Shown: in pieces, positions 18,001 to 26,422 of the stretch
Layout of the letters: the number at the start of each line of letters is the position of its first letter
Position numbering within the stretch: position 1 is the first letter of the stretch
IMG/VR virus record: IMGVR_UViG_3300012078_000001
Span: 1 to 64,000 of that record
Direction: 5' to 3' (one strand)
Length of the DNA: 64,000 nt
From: a virus
Program-made: the position numbers and the translations under genes
Notes under the pieces: generated by a model
The model's database searches: none
Told to the model about the DNA's origin: nothing
What the model saw: the letters and a program-made list of their open reading frames with translations, nothing else

Positions 18001-18087
18001 AAGAATTTAAAAAATAATTGTGTTTACCTGTTTAGAACACAGGGGAATGTTGTTAAAGACATTGCAATTGCTAAAGCAAAACAATAA
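15055..18087 (+). CDS. dnaE: DNA polymerase III alpha subunit (DnaE-type)
   Basis: 1010 aa; N-terminal PHP motif FVSLHNHSDYSIFDA; polymerase core LLKLDILALKTL, GCFQIEG; C-terminal OB-like region. Confidence 0.9.
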   Translation: MTTDKKEIFVSLHNHSDYSIFDAISKYNNMITKALEFGQDALGVSEHGTTSGLLDFYKQATKAGIKPILGYEGYISTNINIKDRGDIYHICLYAKDYEGYKNLNRINSFAHQNIYHKPRLSIPILRKYSKGLICTSACMGGLLKRDDAEKWARVLQEIFNDDFYIELQFNNLQGQYEYNQRVLKVAMDFNINITIGVDSHYINPRDAHIHRAWKFIKDDNPYYSHDDFYMHSQDQVIERILAHGFNHQTAMIWVSNTREIANKCNCIIPIEKENYPIFPDCEDQEKRMRELALAGMQKKLITPYSNEEIERMEKELIDLTNANYNNYFLIIEDALRWCDDVSKIGRSSGGRGSVVGSFVAYLLNITGINPLKHGLLFERFLNPSRVTPCDIDCDFESARRGEVIEYLKQKYTLAYQVRTFNLVGAKAGIQRAGQSMGLDNLELDRISSLIPKNGTLDNLPKKYNGKILTQKQYDKLLFLAYSFQGIIQSYGIHASAVMLFPKAVENWCSIECQDGTLVVNYDFHWLEEHCGLLKLDILALKTLDVIINTIKQVPDFPHDINNLPDADELTFKMLCKGNTRGCFQIEGDGMTQLVINLQPQEYKDLIPLVALYRPGCLKAGMVEQFVKRRTGKEEVSYLLPCLESVMQNTYGVMLYQEQVMQMVQVMANYSLGQADLFRRAIGRKDEKLMQEIIPPFIKACEENNYTHEQAQQVANYINGCSDYLFNMGHSAGYGYIAYQTAFLKTHYPSQFMCSLLNTYIDDKDSQTQYMKDAVNMGIKILQPSITKSKTQWSVTPDNHLRVGLSAIRNIGNFNIPTDIEEFHEFMAKYHIINKRVLEYLIKAGCFEGDRALQLAQLEWYKDDKKGYKRMLECREKIEYAESQRNNKKIAEWQNELLAISSIDEVKPFQSQIIEWERDALGFTFHEILDQYDLSYCDKAQDVVSGEIINIKPWLTKKGEPMAFIKLRTKINNLDLVIFDEHYKNLKNNCVYLFRTQGNVVKDIAIAKAKQ

Positions 18088-18106
18088 GGAGGGGCTATCC
18101 CCTCCT
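18087..18106. terminator. bidirectional hairpin between dnaE and the repressor gene
   Basis: AGGAGGGG ctat CCCCTCCT; lies between convergent genes; no strong T-run. Confidence 0.5.
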
Positions 18107-18110
18107 AGTG

Positions 18111-18446
18111 TTAGGAATTTATTTTTTCTTTTAATTGCTTTTCTTTCCATTTAATATATGCCCATTCAATATATTCTGCATTTTCTGGATTTGTAGCAAA
18201 ATCACGAATTTTTTCTGGTAGATGTGAAACTGAAGAATTTGTAAGATAACCAGGATTTACACCTAATGCTATAGCTAGTTTTTCAAAAACATCTACTGGC
18301 GGTCTTTTGAACTCGTTGCGTTCAAGGCGTTGTAAGGTGGATTGGCTAATACCTACAAGTTTACACAATTCATCTTGGGATAACCCCTTTAACAATCTAA
18401 GTTCTTTAATTTTTTCACCAGAAGTTTTACCCATTAAAAACATCAC
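18111..18446 (-). CDS. XRE-family HTH repressor (cI-like)
   Basis: IKELRLLKGLSQDELCKLVGISQSTLQRLER HTH; divergent from the early operon; exact start uncertain (GTG, ATG and ATG within 5 codons). Confidence 0.85.
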   Translation of the reverse strand: MMFLMGKTSGEKIKELRLLKGLSQDELCKLVGISQSTLQRLERNEFKRPPVDVFEKLAIALGVNPGYLTNSSVSHLPEKIRDFATNPENAEYIEWAYIKWKEKQLKEKINS

Positions 18447-18480
18447 CTCCTATTATTAGTTAATGAGTTAATCTATATGG

Positions 18481-18509
18481 ATTATAGCATAATTATAAAC
18501 TATTTGCAA
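18481..18509 (-). promoter_or_regulatory. repressor promoter
   Basis: Minus strand: TTGCAA (18509-18504), 17 nt, TATAAT (18486-18481). Confidence 0.6.
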
Positions 18510-18541
18510 TTCAAAAAACGAATAAAATCAGTCATTATATA

Positions 18542-18552
18542 CCCCGCAGGGG
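18542..18552 (+). repeat. C-GNA-G type mini-hairpin CCCCGCAGGGG
   Basis: 4-bp GC stem with a 3-nt GCA loop; upstream of the leftward repressor unit. Confidence 0.6.
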
Positions 18553-18554
18553 AG

Positions 18555-18586
18555 CATTATTTGGGTAATTAATTCATTATTTGGGT
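18555..18586 (+). promoter_or_regulatory. two direct CATTATTTGGGT operator-like repeats
   Basis: 18555-18566 and 18575-18586, spaced 20 nt apart, between divergent promoters. Confidence 0.55.
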
Positions 18587-18596
18587 GGTTTTAATC

Positions 18597-18625
18597 TTGT
18601 AAAAATTTGTTTTTTAGTGTATAAT
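18597..18625 (+). promoter_or_regulatory. rightward early promoter (PR-like)
   Basis: TTGTAA 18597-18602, 17 nt, TATAAT 18620-18625. Confidence 0.65.
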
Positions 18626-18683
18626 TACCGTAGAAACAAACAAGTGTTTTGGATTAATTATTATTTAGAGGGTGAGGTTTTTT

Positions 18684-18851
18684 ATGCTAAGATTGGAAGT
18701 TGGGGTATGTGTGATTATCTGGAAAGAGGAAGGAGAAGATGGTTATTGCTGTCAAGTTGCGTCTAGCCTAACTGATGCCAAGCAGTTTTTAACTGAAATG
18801 AAAGAACTTGGGTATAATAATACTAATACAAAAATCATTGCTATCTCATAG
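18684..18851 (+). CDS. 55-aa early protein (cro position)
   Basis: GAGGGTGAGG RBS; MLRLEVGVCVIIWKEEGEDGYCCQV...; preferred over the overlapping track ORF 18581-18766, which lacks an RBS. Confidence 0.4.
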   Translation: MLRLEVGVCVIIWKEEGEDGYCCQVASSLTDAKQFLTEMKELGYNNTNTKIIAIS

Positions 18852-18859
18852 CTATATAT

Positions 18860-18888
18860 CCCCTTGTTGCGCTTCAAGGGGGTCTTTT
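18860..18888 (+). terminator. intrinsic terminator
   Basis: CCCCTTG 18860-18866 / CAAGGGG 18875-18881 followed by GTCTTTT. Confidence 0.6.
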
Positions 18889-18897
18889 ATCTAAAAA

Positions 18898-18943
18898 TTA
18901 ACCCAAAAAATGGGTCAAAGAGGTTGAAAAATGGGTGAAAATA
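18898..18943 (+). promoter_or_regulatory. ACCCAAAAAATGGGT motif unit
   Basis: TTAACCCAAAAAATGGGTCAAAGAGGTTGAAAAATGGGTGAAAAT, overlapping the start of ORF 18931. Confidence 0.5.
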
Positions 18944-19221
18944 TATTATTTATGCCAAGCCATATCCTAAGAAACCCTTCAATATCACCAATTGGGAAAG
19001 TGGTCTATATGGTTTTGCGTAGTTATACTGTTGAAACAGACTATTGCTCGCCTAAAATATGCGAATTATGTGCTGTTGTTGGTGCTACTGCAAAACCCAT
19101 TAATAGAGCTATTGACGAATTAATTGACCACAAATTAGTAAAACGCAAACAAATTGGACTTGGAAAACCAAATTGTTATACTTTATTACCTATATACAGG
19201 GAGGGGTTCAATGGAAACTAA
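18931..19221 (+). CDS. winged-helix DNA-binding protein (possible origin-binding/replication organiser)
   Basis: 96 aa; pattern ..SPIGKVVYMVLRSY....ICELCAVVGATAKPINRAIDELIDHKLV resembles the wHTH of RepA_N/DnaD-like proteins. Confidence 0.5.
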   Translation: MGENILFMPSHILRNPSISPIGKVVYMVLRSYTVETDYCSPKICELCAVVGATAKPINRAIDELIDHKLVKRKQIGLGKPNCYTLLPIYREGFNGN

Positions 19222-19585
19222 AACTTATGAAATGTACACAGAATCACAAATTTTATATGGCGTAACAGTTGCTTATATTTTATATTGCACTAACCATTCC
19301 CACCCTAAACTTAATAACCGTAATATGACTAAAGATTTCTATATACTACGAAACTTTTTTAAACGCGATAAGGTAAATCTAAGAAAATTATCTGAATATG
19401 CAACGCGTCTTGCAGAAAAGGGTGAAAAGCGGATAATGTCTGTTGGTGATTTTTACAAAAGAGCAGAAGCGTACTATCAATGGCAAAGAAGTGAAGTAGA
19501 GAAAAAGATTGCACAGGAAATTCTTAAAGATGTGGAAATACCAGTGCAACGCAAATTCACTCTTGCAGATTTAATGAAATTATAG
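19211..19585 (+). CDS. hypothetical protein
   Basis: Start moved to ATG 19211, behind GGGAGGGG; 124 aa. Confidence 0.5.
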   Translation: METKTYEMYTESQILYGVTVAYILYCTNHSHPKLNNRNMTKDFYILRNFFKRDKVNLRKLSEYATRLAEKGEKRIMSVGDFYKRAEAYYQWQRSEVEKKIAQEILKDVEIPVQRKFTLADLMKL

Positions 19586-19686
19586 GGGAGTTACTTATGT
19601 AGGGAGGAAAAACATATTCCATGAGTCCAGAAGAATTCAACAAGATATATGAGAAGGTAGGAGAATAGCGAAGCGTTTTAACTTAG

Positions 19687-21735
19687 ATGGAAAGGTGTTT
19701 AAATTTGAGTTTAGTATCTGTAATACGCAATAAGAGTGATATTGTTGAGTATATTCACTCTCATGGAATTGGTGAACTAGAGCGTTCTGGCTCTACAATT
19801 CGTGGTTGCTGTCCTATTTGTAATGGTGATAACCCTACTGAATTTGTGGCTAATGAACGTGTCTTTCATTGTCATAAATGCAAGTGTGGCGGCAATATTA
19901 TTAACTTTGTTCAATACTATTATAAAATGTCGTATTCTCAAGCTATCGAAAAAATTGCTGACGAACTGAATATTGACTATGCCAATAGTCCTCAGTATCA
20001 AGCTGAAAGAAATTTAGTTAAAACATATCAGCCTTTTGTAGATGATTGTGCCAAAAGGATTCATCTTATCCAAAATTATCTTGAAGCTGAGCGTAAAATT
20101 CCTATCGAGGTGGCTGTAGAATTTGATTTAGGTTATACAAAAGAGGGTGCTATATGTATACCAATTCATGATGTATATGGTAGGGTTGTTGCTATAGCAA
20201 GGCGACAATTTGACAAGAAACCTAAATATATCAATTCTAAAAACAATATCCTTTTTGAAAAGGCAAGCACTTTATTTAATCTTCATAGGGCAAGACTGTT
20301 GCTTCATAATACTTTGTACGTTACAGAGGGCTACTTTGATAGTATGGCTGGACACGCAGAGGGGCTACCAGTTGTAGCCTATTTGGGGTCTGAATTAACT
20401 AAGGCGCAAATAGGTTTGATTAAATCAGTGTGTATAAACCCTGAGACTACAGTTGTAATTTGTGCTGATAATGATGATGCAGGATTAGCCAGTATTAAAC
20501 GAACCAGGGAAAATTTTCGCAGTATTGCTCCTAGTCTTTCAGTTCGTGTAATTGTAATGCCTACTGAAAACCATCCATTTTTAGACTATCAAACAGGTAT
20601 AGTAAATTATAGACCTATCAAAGACCTTAACGACTTACGCCTACAGGGTATTTCTATTGCCAGTGTTCCTACAAAGCATATTGATCAATTTTGTTTAGAA
20701 GAAATTCTAGCAAAATGTCCTGATATACAAACTCAATATGTAGCTGTTGGTGAATTTATTAAGAGTGTACAAAATCCAATGATACGCAATGATATTGCTA
20801 AATTCTTAGCTGTAAAATGGGAACAAGACATTGGCGACATTAAAAAATGGTTTGCTGTTGTTGATAAACCAGAGGACGATGCTAATTTATTTAAAACTGC
20901 AACTCAATGTTTACAACAACTTGAGGAAGAAATATCTGCTGGTTTCCTACCTCTAGGTTTTCCAATCCTTGATAAATCTTTAAAAGGTTTACGAAAAAAA
21001 GATGTGTTATTAATTGGAGCGTACCCAAGTACAGGCAAGACTTTCTTTGCAGGGCAGTTATTGTTAAATTTTGTACTTTCACTTAAAATGCGCGTATTAT
21101 TTTTTTCTCTGGAAATGTCTGGTGGTGGATTAATGGAACGACTAGCTGCTTGTTTAATGGGAATATCTACAGACGAACTTATTCGCAGGGTACAATCTGG
21201 TGAACTTGCTGAAACATATGAAAAAATCAAGGCATTGTTAGAAAAATATATACGCGTTATAGATGATACTGGTTTAACTAGCCAAGACATTGATCGTATT
21301 ATTAAGCAAGCAAACATGACACAGTTTTCTCAACCTGTAGATATTATTATTATTGATTATTTACAGATTATGGGTAATACTGCTACATTTGAAGCCAAAG
21401 AAGCTAATGCTCAAAGCTTAAAACCTCTTGCTAAGAACAATAACGTGCTTTGTATTGCTTTGTCACAATTATCAAGAGGTACAGAAGTATGGCAACGTCC
21501 CACGATGAATAAATTAAAGGGTGGCGGCTCAAATGAAGCTGTTGGAGATTTCATATTAATGCTTTATAAAAAATGTGAAAACCCTACAATAAGCTTAGAA
21601 AAACAAAACGAATTAAAAGATACTATCACAGTATCCATTGAAAAAGGCAGACGAGGTTACAACATTAAAGAAGTTGATATAAAAATCGATCAAAATACTA
21701 CAACCATGTCAGAAATACCTATAAAGACCAACTGA
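19687..21735 (+). CDS. bifunctional DNA primase / DnaB-family helicase
   Basis: CHC2 zinc finger (CCPICNG..FHCHKCKCGGNIINF), Toprim (VTEGYFD, ADNDDAG), C-terminal Walker A GAYPSTGKT and DYLQ. TTG 19705 is an alternative start. Confidence 0.85.
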   Translation: MERCLNLSLVSVIRNKSDIVEYIHSHGIGELERSGSTIRGCCPICNGDNPTEFVANERVFHCHKCKCGGNIINFVQYYYKMSYSQAIEKIADELNIDYANSPQYQAERNLVKTYQPFVDDCAKRIHLIQNYLEAERKIPIEVAVEFDLGYTKEGAICIPIHDVYGRVVAIARRQFDKKPKYINSKNNILFEKASTLFNLHRARLLLHNTLYVTEGYFDSMAGHAEGLPVVAYLGSELTKAQIGLIKSVCINPETTVVICADNDDAGLASIKRTRENFRSIAPSLSVRVIVMPTENHPFLDYQTGIVNYRPIKDLNDLRLQGISIASVPTKHIDQFCLEEILAKCPDIQTQYVAVGEFIKSVQNPMIRNDIAKFLAVKWEQDIGDIKKWFAVVDKPEDDANLFKTATQCLQQLEEEISAGFLPLGFPILDKSLKGLRKKDVLLIGAYPSTGKTFFAGQLLLNFVLSLKMRVLFFSLEMSGGGLMERLAACLMGISTDELIRRVQSGELAETYEKIKALLEKYIRVIDDTGLTSQDIDRIIKQANMTQFSQPVDIIIIDYLQIMGNTATFEAKEANAQSLKPLAKNNNVLCIALSQLSRGTEVWQRPTMNKLKGGGSNEAVGDFILMLYKKCENPTISLEKQNELKDTITVSIEKGRRGYNIKEVDIKIDQNTTTMSEIPIKTN

Positions 21736-21755
21736 TAGGGATTTTTCGCCCTTTC

Positions 21756-21797
21756 TTACCCAAAAAACGGGTAAAATGGTTTAAAAAATGGGTAAAG
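21756..21797 (+). promoter_or_regulatory. ACCCAAAAAACGGGT motif unit, copy 1
   Basis: TTACCCAAAAAACGGGTAAAATGGTTTAAAAAATGGGTAAAG. Confidence 0.5.
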
Positions 21798-21871
21798 TAT
21801 GGTAAACTATAAATATAGTTAAGAGATTAATATGTAAAGGAGGAAATATTAAAGGAATATTTTATCCTATT

Positions 21872-21930
21872 TTACCCAAATAACGGGTAAAATGCTTTAA
21901 AAAATAAGTAATTTATATTAAAAATGGGTT
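21872..21930 (+). promoter_or_regulatory. ACCCAAATAACGGGT motif unit, copy 2
   Basis: TTACCCAAATAACGGGTAAAATGCTTTAAAAAATAAGTAAT ... AAAAATGGGTT. Confidence 0.5.
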
Positions 21931-21957
21931 ACAACAAAAAAACAAGGAGTGAAATAT

Positions 21958-22731
21958 TTGGCATTAAAATTACCAACAGAAAAAAGCCAACCAAAACCAA
22001 ACTTGGAGGATTATACTGTATTGCTTTATGGTAGTCCTAAGATTGGCAAAACAACATTCTGTTCACAGATGAACAACCCCTTATTCTTAGCAACAGAAGC
22101 AGGCACAAACGCTCTTTCTGTGTTTGAAGTTCCTATTTCAAGTTGGGAGGACTTCATTGAAGTTGTTAAACTTGTCATTACTGGTCTAAAAAACGAAAAA
22201 GCAGGTGGAGAGAAATTCCCTTACAGGACACTTGTAATTGATACGATTGATAATCTTATCAAGTTCTGCACTGAGTATGTCTTAAAGCAAAATGAAATAA
22301 CCCACGAAGGGGACTTACCCTTTGGTAAGGGCTATACATTGGTCAAAGAGGAGTTGCGTAAGGCAATTGTAAGGTTGTCATTACTGCCTATTGGTTTAGT
22401 AGTAATTTCCCATGAAAAGATCGAAGAAATTAAAACCAGAACAAGCGTAATTAATAAGGCTGTACCAACAATGCCTAAATCTCATCGTGAGATTATTTTA
22501 GGTATGGCAGACATTATTCTGTATGCTCATTCAATTCAACGTCACACAGATAAAGGCATTGAAGAAGTTAGAGTGCTGCGGACTAAAGGAACTGAGAATT
22601 GGGAAGCGGGCGATAGAACTGGTAAGTTACCTGCAACCTTAGAATTTAATTATCCAGTATTTAAAAAATCATGGGACAATCTACCAACAGAAAACACAAA
22701 AACAGAAAAGACAGCGGAGGTTAAAAAGTAA
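21958..22731 (+). CDS. Sak4-like RecA-fold AAA ATPase
   Basis: Walker A YGSPKIGKTTF, Walker B LVIDTIDN. TTG 21958 lies 8 nt after AAGGAG; the track start GTG 21949 overlaps the RBS. Confidence 0.7.
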   Translation: MALKLPTEKSQPKPNLEDYTVLLYGSPKIGKTTFCSQMNNPLFLATEAGTNALSVFEVPISSWEDFIEVVKLVITGLKNEKAGGEKFPYRTLVIDTIDNLIKFCTEYVLKQNEITHEGDLPFGKGYTLVKEELRKAIVRLSLLPIGLVVISHEKIEEIKTRTSVINKAVPTMPKSHREIILGMADIILYAHSIQRHTDKGIEEVRVLRTKGTENWEAGDRTGKLPATLEFNYPVFKKSWDNLPTENTKTEKTAEVKK

Positions 22732-23207
22732 TGTTTGATAAAGATGCAATATTTAACAATGATGATGATTTAGCAACTCTGTGGGGCGATACTCCTGCGG
22801 AAGAACTTAAATACGTTGAAGTGCCAGATGGTAAATATGAAGCGACTGTAAACACTGTTCGTTTTGAAAATTCCAAGGCTGGCAAGCCTATGATCAAATG
22901 GGATTTAATTATTAAAAATAATGGTCAAGAAGGGCGACATGTATTCTTGAATCAAATGATTACTGATCAAAAGCAAGTTGGGTTTGTGAAAGGTCAACTG
23001 CAATCAATTGGTTTAAATGTATCTAGTTTGCAATCAATCAAAGAGGATTTAGCAGAATTATTAGATGCCACTCTTGCGATTACTCTTAAAACCAGACCTG
23101 CAACTGCTGAGTATGAAGCACGACAAAATGTGTACCTTAATATGATTATTGAACGTAAGCAAAATAATCTTTCTAATGTCTTTGCTGACGATGATCTTCC
23201 GTTTTAA
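22731..23207 (+). CDS. DUF669-like phage ssDNA-binding/annealing partner with an SSB-type C-terminal tip
   Basis: Follows the Sak4-like ATPase (ATGA-type coupling) and ends in ..ADDDLPF. Confidence 0.55.
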   Translation: MFDKDAIFNNDDDLATLWGDTPAEELKYVEVPDGKYEATVNTVRFENSKAGKPMIKWDLIIKNNGQEGRHVFLNQMITDQKQVGFVKGQLQSIGLNVSSLQSIKEDLAELLDATLAITLKTRPATAEYEARQNVYLNMIIERKQNNLSNVFADDDLPF

Positions 23208-23656
23208 TGAAAGGCTATATTGGAGTTAAACTTATTGAAGCCACGCCAATGACCAGGGGTGATTACAACAATTACAGAGGGTGGACTATTCCAGCTAATG
23301 AAAACCCTGCGGATGAAGGTTATTTAGTATATTATACTGACGATTATTTTTCATGGTCGCCTAAAGGTGTTTTTGATGGTGCTTATCATGAGATTGAAGG
23401 TCAAAACAATTCCATTTCACAGCAGGATGTTGATAATTTTATCGTTGACATTAAATCTATACAGTTTGGCGATAAAACTACAGTGGTTAAAGCTACGTTG
23501 GCAAATGGCTATGTTTTAGTGGAGAGCAGCTCTTGTGTCGATATTGCTAATTTTAGCATGAATGTAGGGCGTGAAATTTGTATAGAGAAAATCAAAGATA
23601 AAGTATGGGCTTTACTTGGTTTTCTGTTGCAATGTGCAAATAAGGGGTTGAAGTAA
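23207..23656 (+). CDS. Gp49-like (N4 gp49 / Sf6 gp66 family) protein
   Basis: KLIEATPMTRGDYNNYRGW...DEGYLVYYTDDYFSWSPKGVFDGAY signature. Confidence 0.55.
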   Translation: MKGYIGVKLIEATPMTRGDYNNYRGWTIPANENPADEGYLVYYTDDYFSWSPKGVFDGAYHEIEGQNNSISQQDVDNFIVDIKSIQFGDKTTVVKATLANGYVLVESSSCVDIANFSMNVGREICIEKIKDKVWALLGFLLQCANKGLK

Positions 23657-23814
23657 TGAGAAAAATCTCTTTCTTCGCTGTGATCGGCAATCATACCCAT
23701 AAGAGCGAGGTATTTGAATACGATAATGATGCGACTTTGGAAGATCTTAATGTGGAAATAAATGATTGGATATTAGATCAGATTAAAGAGAAGGGTTGGA
23801 TTATAGAAAACTAA
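23656..23814 (+). CDS. 52-aa hypothetical protein
   Basis: TAATG coupling to the upstream gene; MRKISFFAVIGNHTHKSEVFEYDNDATLEDL...; below the track cutoff. Confidence 0.4.
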   Translation: MRKISFFAVIGNHTHKSEVFEYDNDATLEDLNVEINDWILDQIKEKGWIIEN

Positions 23815-23829
23815 AAATGGAGGTTCAAT

Positions 23830-24750
23830 TTGCCTTATACAAAATTTGTTTGTCCTGATTGGAACTCCTGTAGCATTGATGATTGCCTTAAAGAGTGTCG
23901 CTTAAAAGATAAATTACCTGCTGAAAGGTGCTTGTCTCTTAGAACTCTAATGGCGATAGCTGAACAAAGGGTATGGAATGGCATACCCTCAACCACTCAG
24001 CTTTTAAGGGGTACTCGTGAGAGTTATTTGTGCCTGACAACTGAGTATGAAGTAGACCCACAAGATATGCTCTTTGCTTTATATGGCACTAAAGTCCATG
24101 CAAAATTAGAGGAATATCAACCTAGCGGTAGTTCTACTGAAATACGACTGTTCGACGAAATATCAAGCGGTGCATACGACTTTTATATGGATGGTATTCT
24201 GTATGATCTTAAAACATATGGTTCGTATGCAGTAGCTAAAACTCTTGGGATTCACGCTATCGAAATGCCAGATGGAGTTTATAAATCAACTCATAAAGAT
24301 GGTAAATATAAAAAGGGCGATCCCAAATTCAAGAAGGTTTATGTAGAGGGGGGGCTTAAAAAAAGGTTTGACTTAGCAGTGCAACTTAATGACTATCGCA
24401 TGAAACTTCAACGAATTGCAAAGCTGCCAGTGCGAAAAATGATCTGCGAAATGCTTGTTCGTGATGGTGGCACTTATATCGCAAAGAGTAGAGGTGTAAT
24501 GCGAAGGGGCGAGCTGGCTGTTATTAATAAAATAAGTGATATATGGATAGAGCGTTTCATGCGAAAGAAATGGTATTTACTTAAACATCACTTAGAAACT
24601 GAAACAATCCCACCTGTATGTAGACCTAGAGAGCGTTGGTATGATTCTAAAACAGGCAAATCGCTGAAATGTTCAGCCTATTGTCATGCAAGAAATAATT
24701 GCGACTTTGGAAAACGAGAAATAGCAATAGGGGTAGATAAAGTTGATTAA
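23830..24750 (+). CDS. PD-(D/E)XK exonuclease with Cys clusters (Cas4-like)
   Basis: N-terminal CPDWNSCSIDDCLKEC, D..DLK core (ILYDLKTYGSY), C-terminal C..C...C cluster. Confidence 0.65.
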   Translation: MPYTKFVCPDWNSCSIDDCLKECRLKDKLPAERCLSLRTLMAIAEQRVWNGIPSTTQLLRGTRESYLCLTTEYEVDPQDMLFALYGTKVHAKLEEYQPSGSSTEIRLFDEISSGAYDFYMDGILYDLKTYGSYAVAKTLGIHAIEMPDGVYKSTHKDGKYKKGDPKFKKVYVEGGLKKRFDLAVQLNDYRMKLQRIAKLPVRKMICEMLVRDGGTYIAKSRGVMRRGELAVINKISDIWIERFMRKKWYLLKHHLETETIPPVCRPRERWYDSKTGKSLKCSAYCHARNNCDFGKREIAIGVDKVD

Positions 24751-24912
24751 AAAAAACAACAGAAATAAAAAAAGAAGCAGAAATAAAAGAGAAGGAGTAT
24801 GGAAACTACATCAACTTGTTAGGTTTAGGCTTACTAAAAATGTAGACCTAGACCTTATGGGTATGGTCGCAGATGTATTAAATAGATACGCAAGATAAAA
24901 AGAGGTGAAATT

Positions 24913-25155
24913 ATGTTAAAAATCCAGCAAAAAATTGAAGTCTTGTCTGATGGTGAATTAAAAAAATGCAACCATGTCTACATACCAAGACATAAAAATG
25001 GAAAATTATCATTTTTTAAACTTCAACATGTAATGGAGCATGTTTGCTTTAGTTGTGGTAGGCATGAGGTTGTTATTACGAAAATTGTTCGTGAAGGTAA
25101 TCCATTTACTTTTAATAAAACTGTTGAGCGTTTCCTCCAAAAAGGAACAGAGTAA
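24913..25155 (+). CDS. hypothetical protein (80 aa)
   Basis: AGAGGTGA RBS; no motif recognised. Confidence 0.5.
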   Translation: MLKIQQKIEVLSDGELKKCNHVYIPRHKNGKLSFFKLQHVMEHVCFSCGRHEVVITKIVREGNPFTFNKTVERFLQKGTE

Positions 25156-25518
25156 ATGAATATTAGTAAAATTAACGAGCCACTAGAACATAGCTCACCA
25201 ATAATTAAAGGTGTTGGTGTTGACGCTCCAATGACTATTAATGAACATGGCGGCAAACAAAGTCAAGTATTGTATGCTTTTGATGCACTCGATGCTAAGA
25301 CTATGTTCGCAATGTGTAAGGTACTGCACGAAGGTCGCTTAAAATATGGGAGTGATGAAAACTGGCGGTTAATTCCTCCTGTAGAACATCTTAATCACTT
25401 ACTAATTCATGCCTTTGCATATATGGCTGGCGACAAGTCAGACGAACACCTTTCACACATTCTTTGTAGAGCAATGTTCTTGTATGCGACTGAATATAAA
25501 ACAAAGGAGATAAAATGA
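25156..25518 (+). CDS. dATP/dGTP diphosphohydrolase-like (DUF5664-type) protein
   Basis: HGGKQS....FD......MFAMCKVLHEGRLKYGSDENWR....H..H...H signature remembered for this family. Confidence 0.5.
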   Translation: MNISKINEPLEHSSPIIKGVGVDAPMTINEHGGKQSQVLYAFDALDAKTMFAMCKVLHEGRLKYGSDENWRLIPPVEHLNHLLIHAFAYMAGDKSDEHLSHILCRAMFLYATEYKTKEIK

Positions 25519-25820
25519 ACAGAACAATACAAGAAAATATAATAACTCTTACCAATTGTTTCCCACGAGCAAAAAGTGATTATAGCTATTTAGTGCGCCA
25601 GTATTGGATACATATTGATGGACTTAAATCACTAAATGACAGAAACATAAACCTTACTCCTTGCGAAAGCATAACTCGCACATTTAGGTATTTAGTAGCC
25701 AACGGAGCTATTCAATTACCTATCACAGTTAAAAATAGGCGAAAAAAACTAGCCGCTATGATCAGCAGAGCATTATCGCCACACATCAAAAAGGCAAAGC
25801 GTGATTGTTCTTCTTGGTAG
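25515..25820 (+). CDS. hypothetical protein (101 aa)
   Basis: ATGA-coupled ORF. Confidence 0.45.
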   Translation: MNRTIQENIITLTNCFPRAKSDYSYLVRQYWIHIDGLKSLNDRNINLTPCESITRTFRYLVANGAIQLPITVKNRRKKLAAMISRALSPHIKKAKRDCSSW

Positions 25821-26172
25821 ACCTGTTCCTAAAAAGAACAATAGTCGAATTGTAAGGCGTGGAAGGTTTGTGAGTGTTATTCCCTCTAAGGCGTTTGTAA
25901 CCTATGAAGAATCATGCCTAAAGCAATTAAAGTCTTACACAGAAAAACACAATGGCATTATGTGGGTGAAATGTCAGTATTGGTTGCCTGACAAAAGGTG
26001 GTATCCTGATTTAGTAAATCTTCTTTCTGCTTCGCATGACATATTAGAAAAGGCAGGCATTATTGATAATGACCGCAACATCATTAGTGTTGATGGTAGT
26101 CAAATAATGGGATTCGATAAAGAAAATCCCAGAGCGGAGATAACAATAATATCGCTAAGTGACCATGTATGA
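25801..26172 (+). CDS. rusA: RusA-family Holliday junction resolvase
   Basis: GRPVPKKNN..., DLVNLLSASHDILEKAGIIDNDRNI acidic catalytic region. Confidence 0.7.
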   Translation: MIVLLGRPVPKKNNSRIVRRGRFVSVIPSKAFVTYEESCLKQLKSYTEKHNGIMWVKCQYWLPDKRWYPDLVNLLSASHDILEKAGIIDNDRNIISVDGSQIMGFDKENPRAEITIISLSDHV

Positions 26173-26285
26173 GTTTAATTGAAGTTGTATGTAGAAAGTG
26201 TGGTAAGGTGATTTGTTGGTCATTACCTAATACCACAATACTTTGTCCTAAATGTAAAATATGGAACAAAGATAAATCAAAATAA
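26169..26285 (+). CDS. 38-aa zinc-ribbon mini-protein
   Basis: ATGA overlap with the rusA stop; MSLIEVVCRKCGKVICWSLPNTTILCPKCKIW... Confidence 0.4.
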   Translation: MSLIEVVCRKCGKVICWSLPNTTILCPKCKIWNKDKSK

Positions 26286-26422
26286 TTAAGACTAAGGGGA
26301 GAAAAACAATAAACAAAAAGAGAGGGACAGAATGCTCAATTTTATTGCAATTATTCTAATTATATTGGCGTGTGCAAAATATCTTGGGTGGTTCTAAGTC
26401 CTAGATATTGGAGGGTAATATT

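Noticed and set aside
20904-21317. Nested antisense ORFs inside long genes (for example 4726-4977, 20904-21317, 30676-31128, 60349-60782, 62478-63026)
   Set aside because: All lie fully within well-supported genes on the opposite strand, lack RBSs and have skewed compositions. They are typical shadow ORFs of AT-rich DNA.
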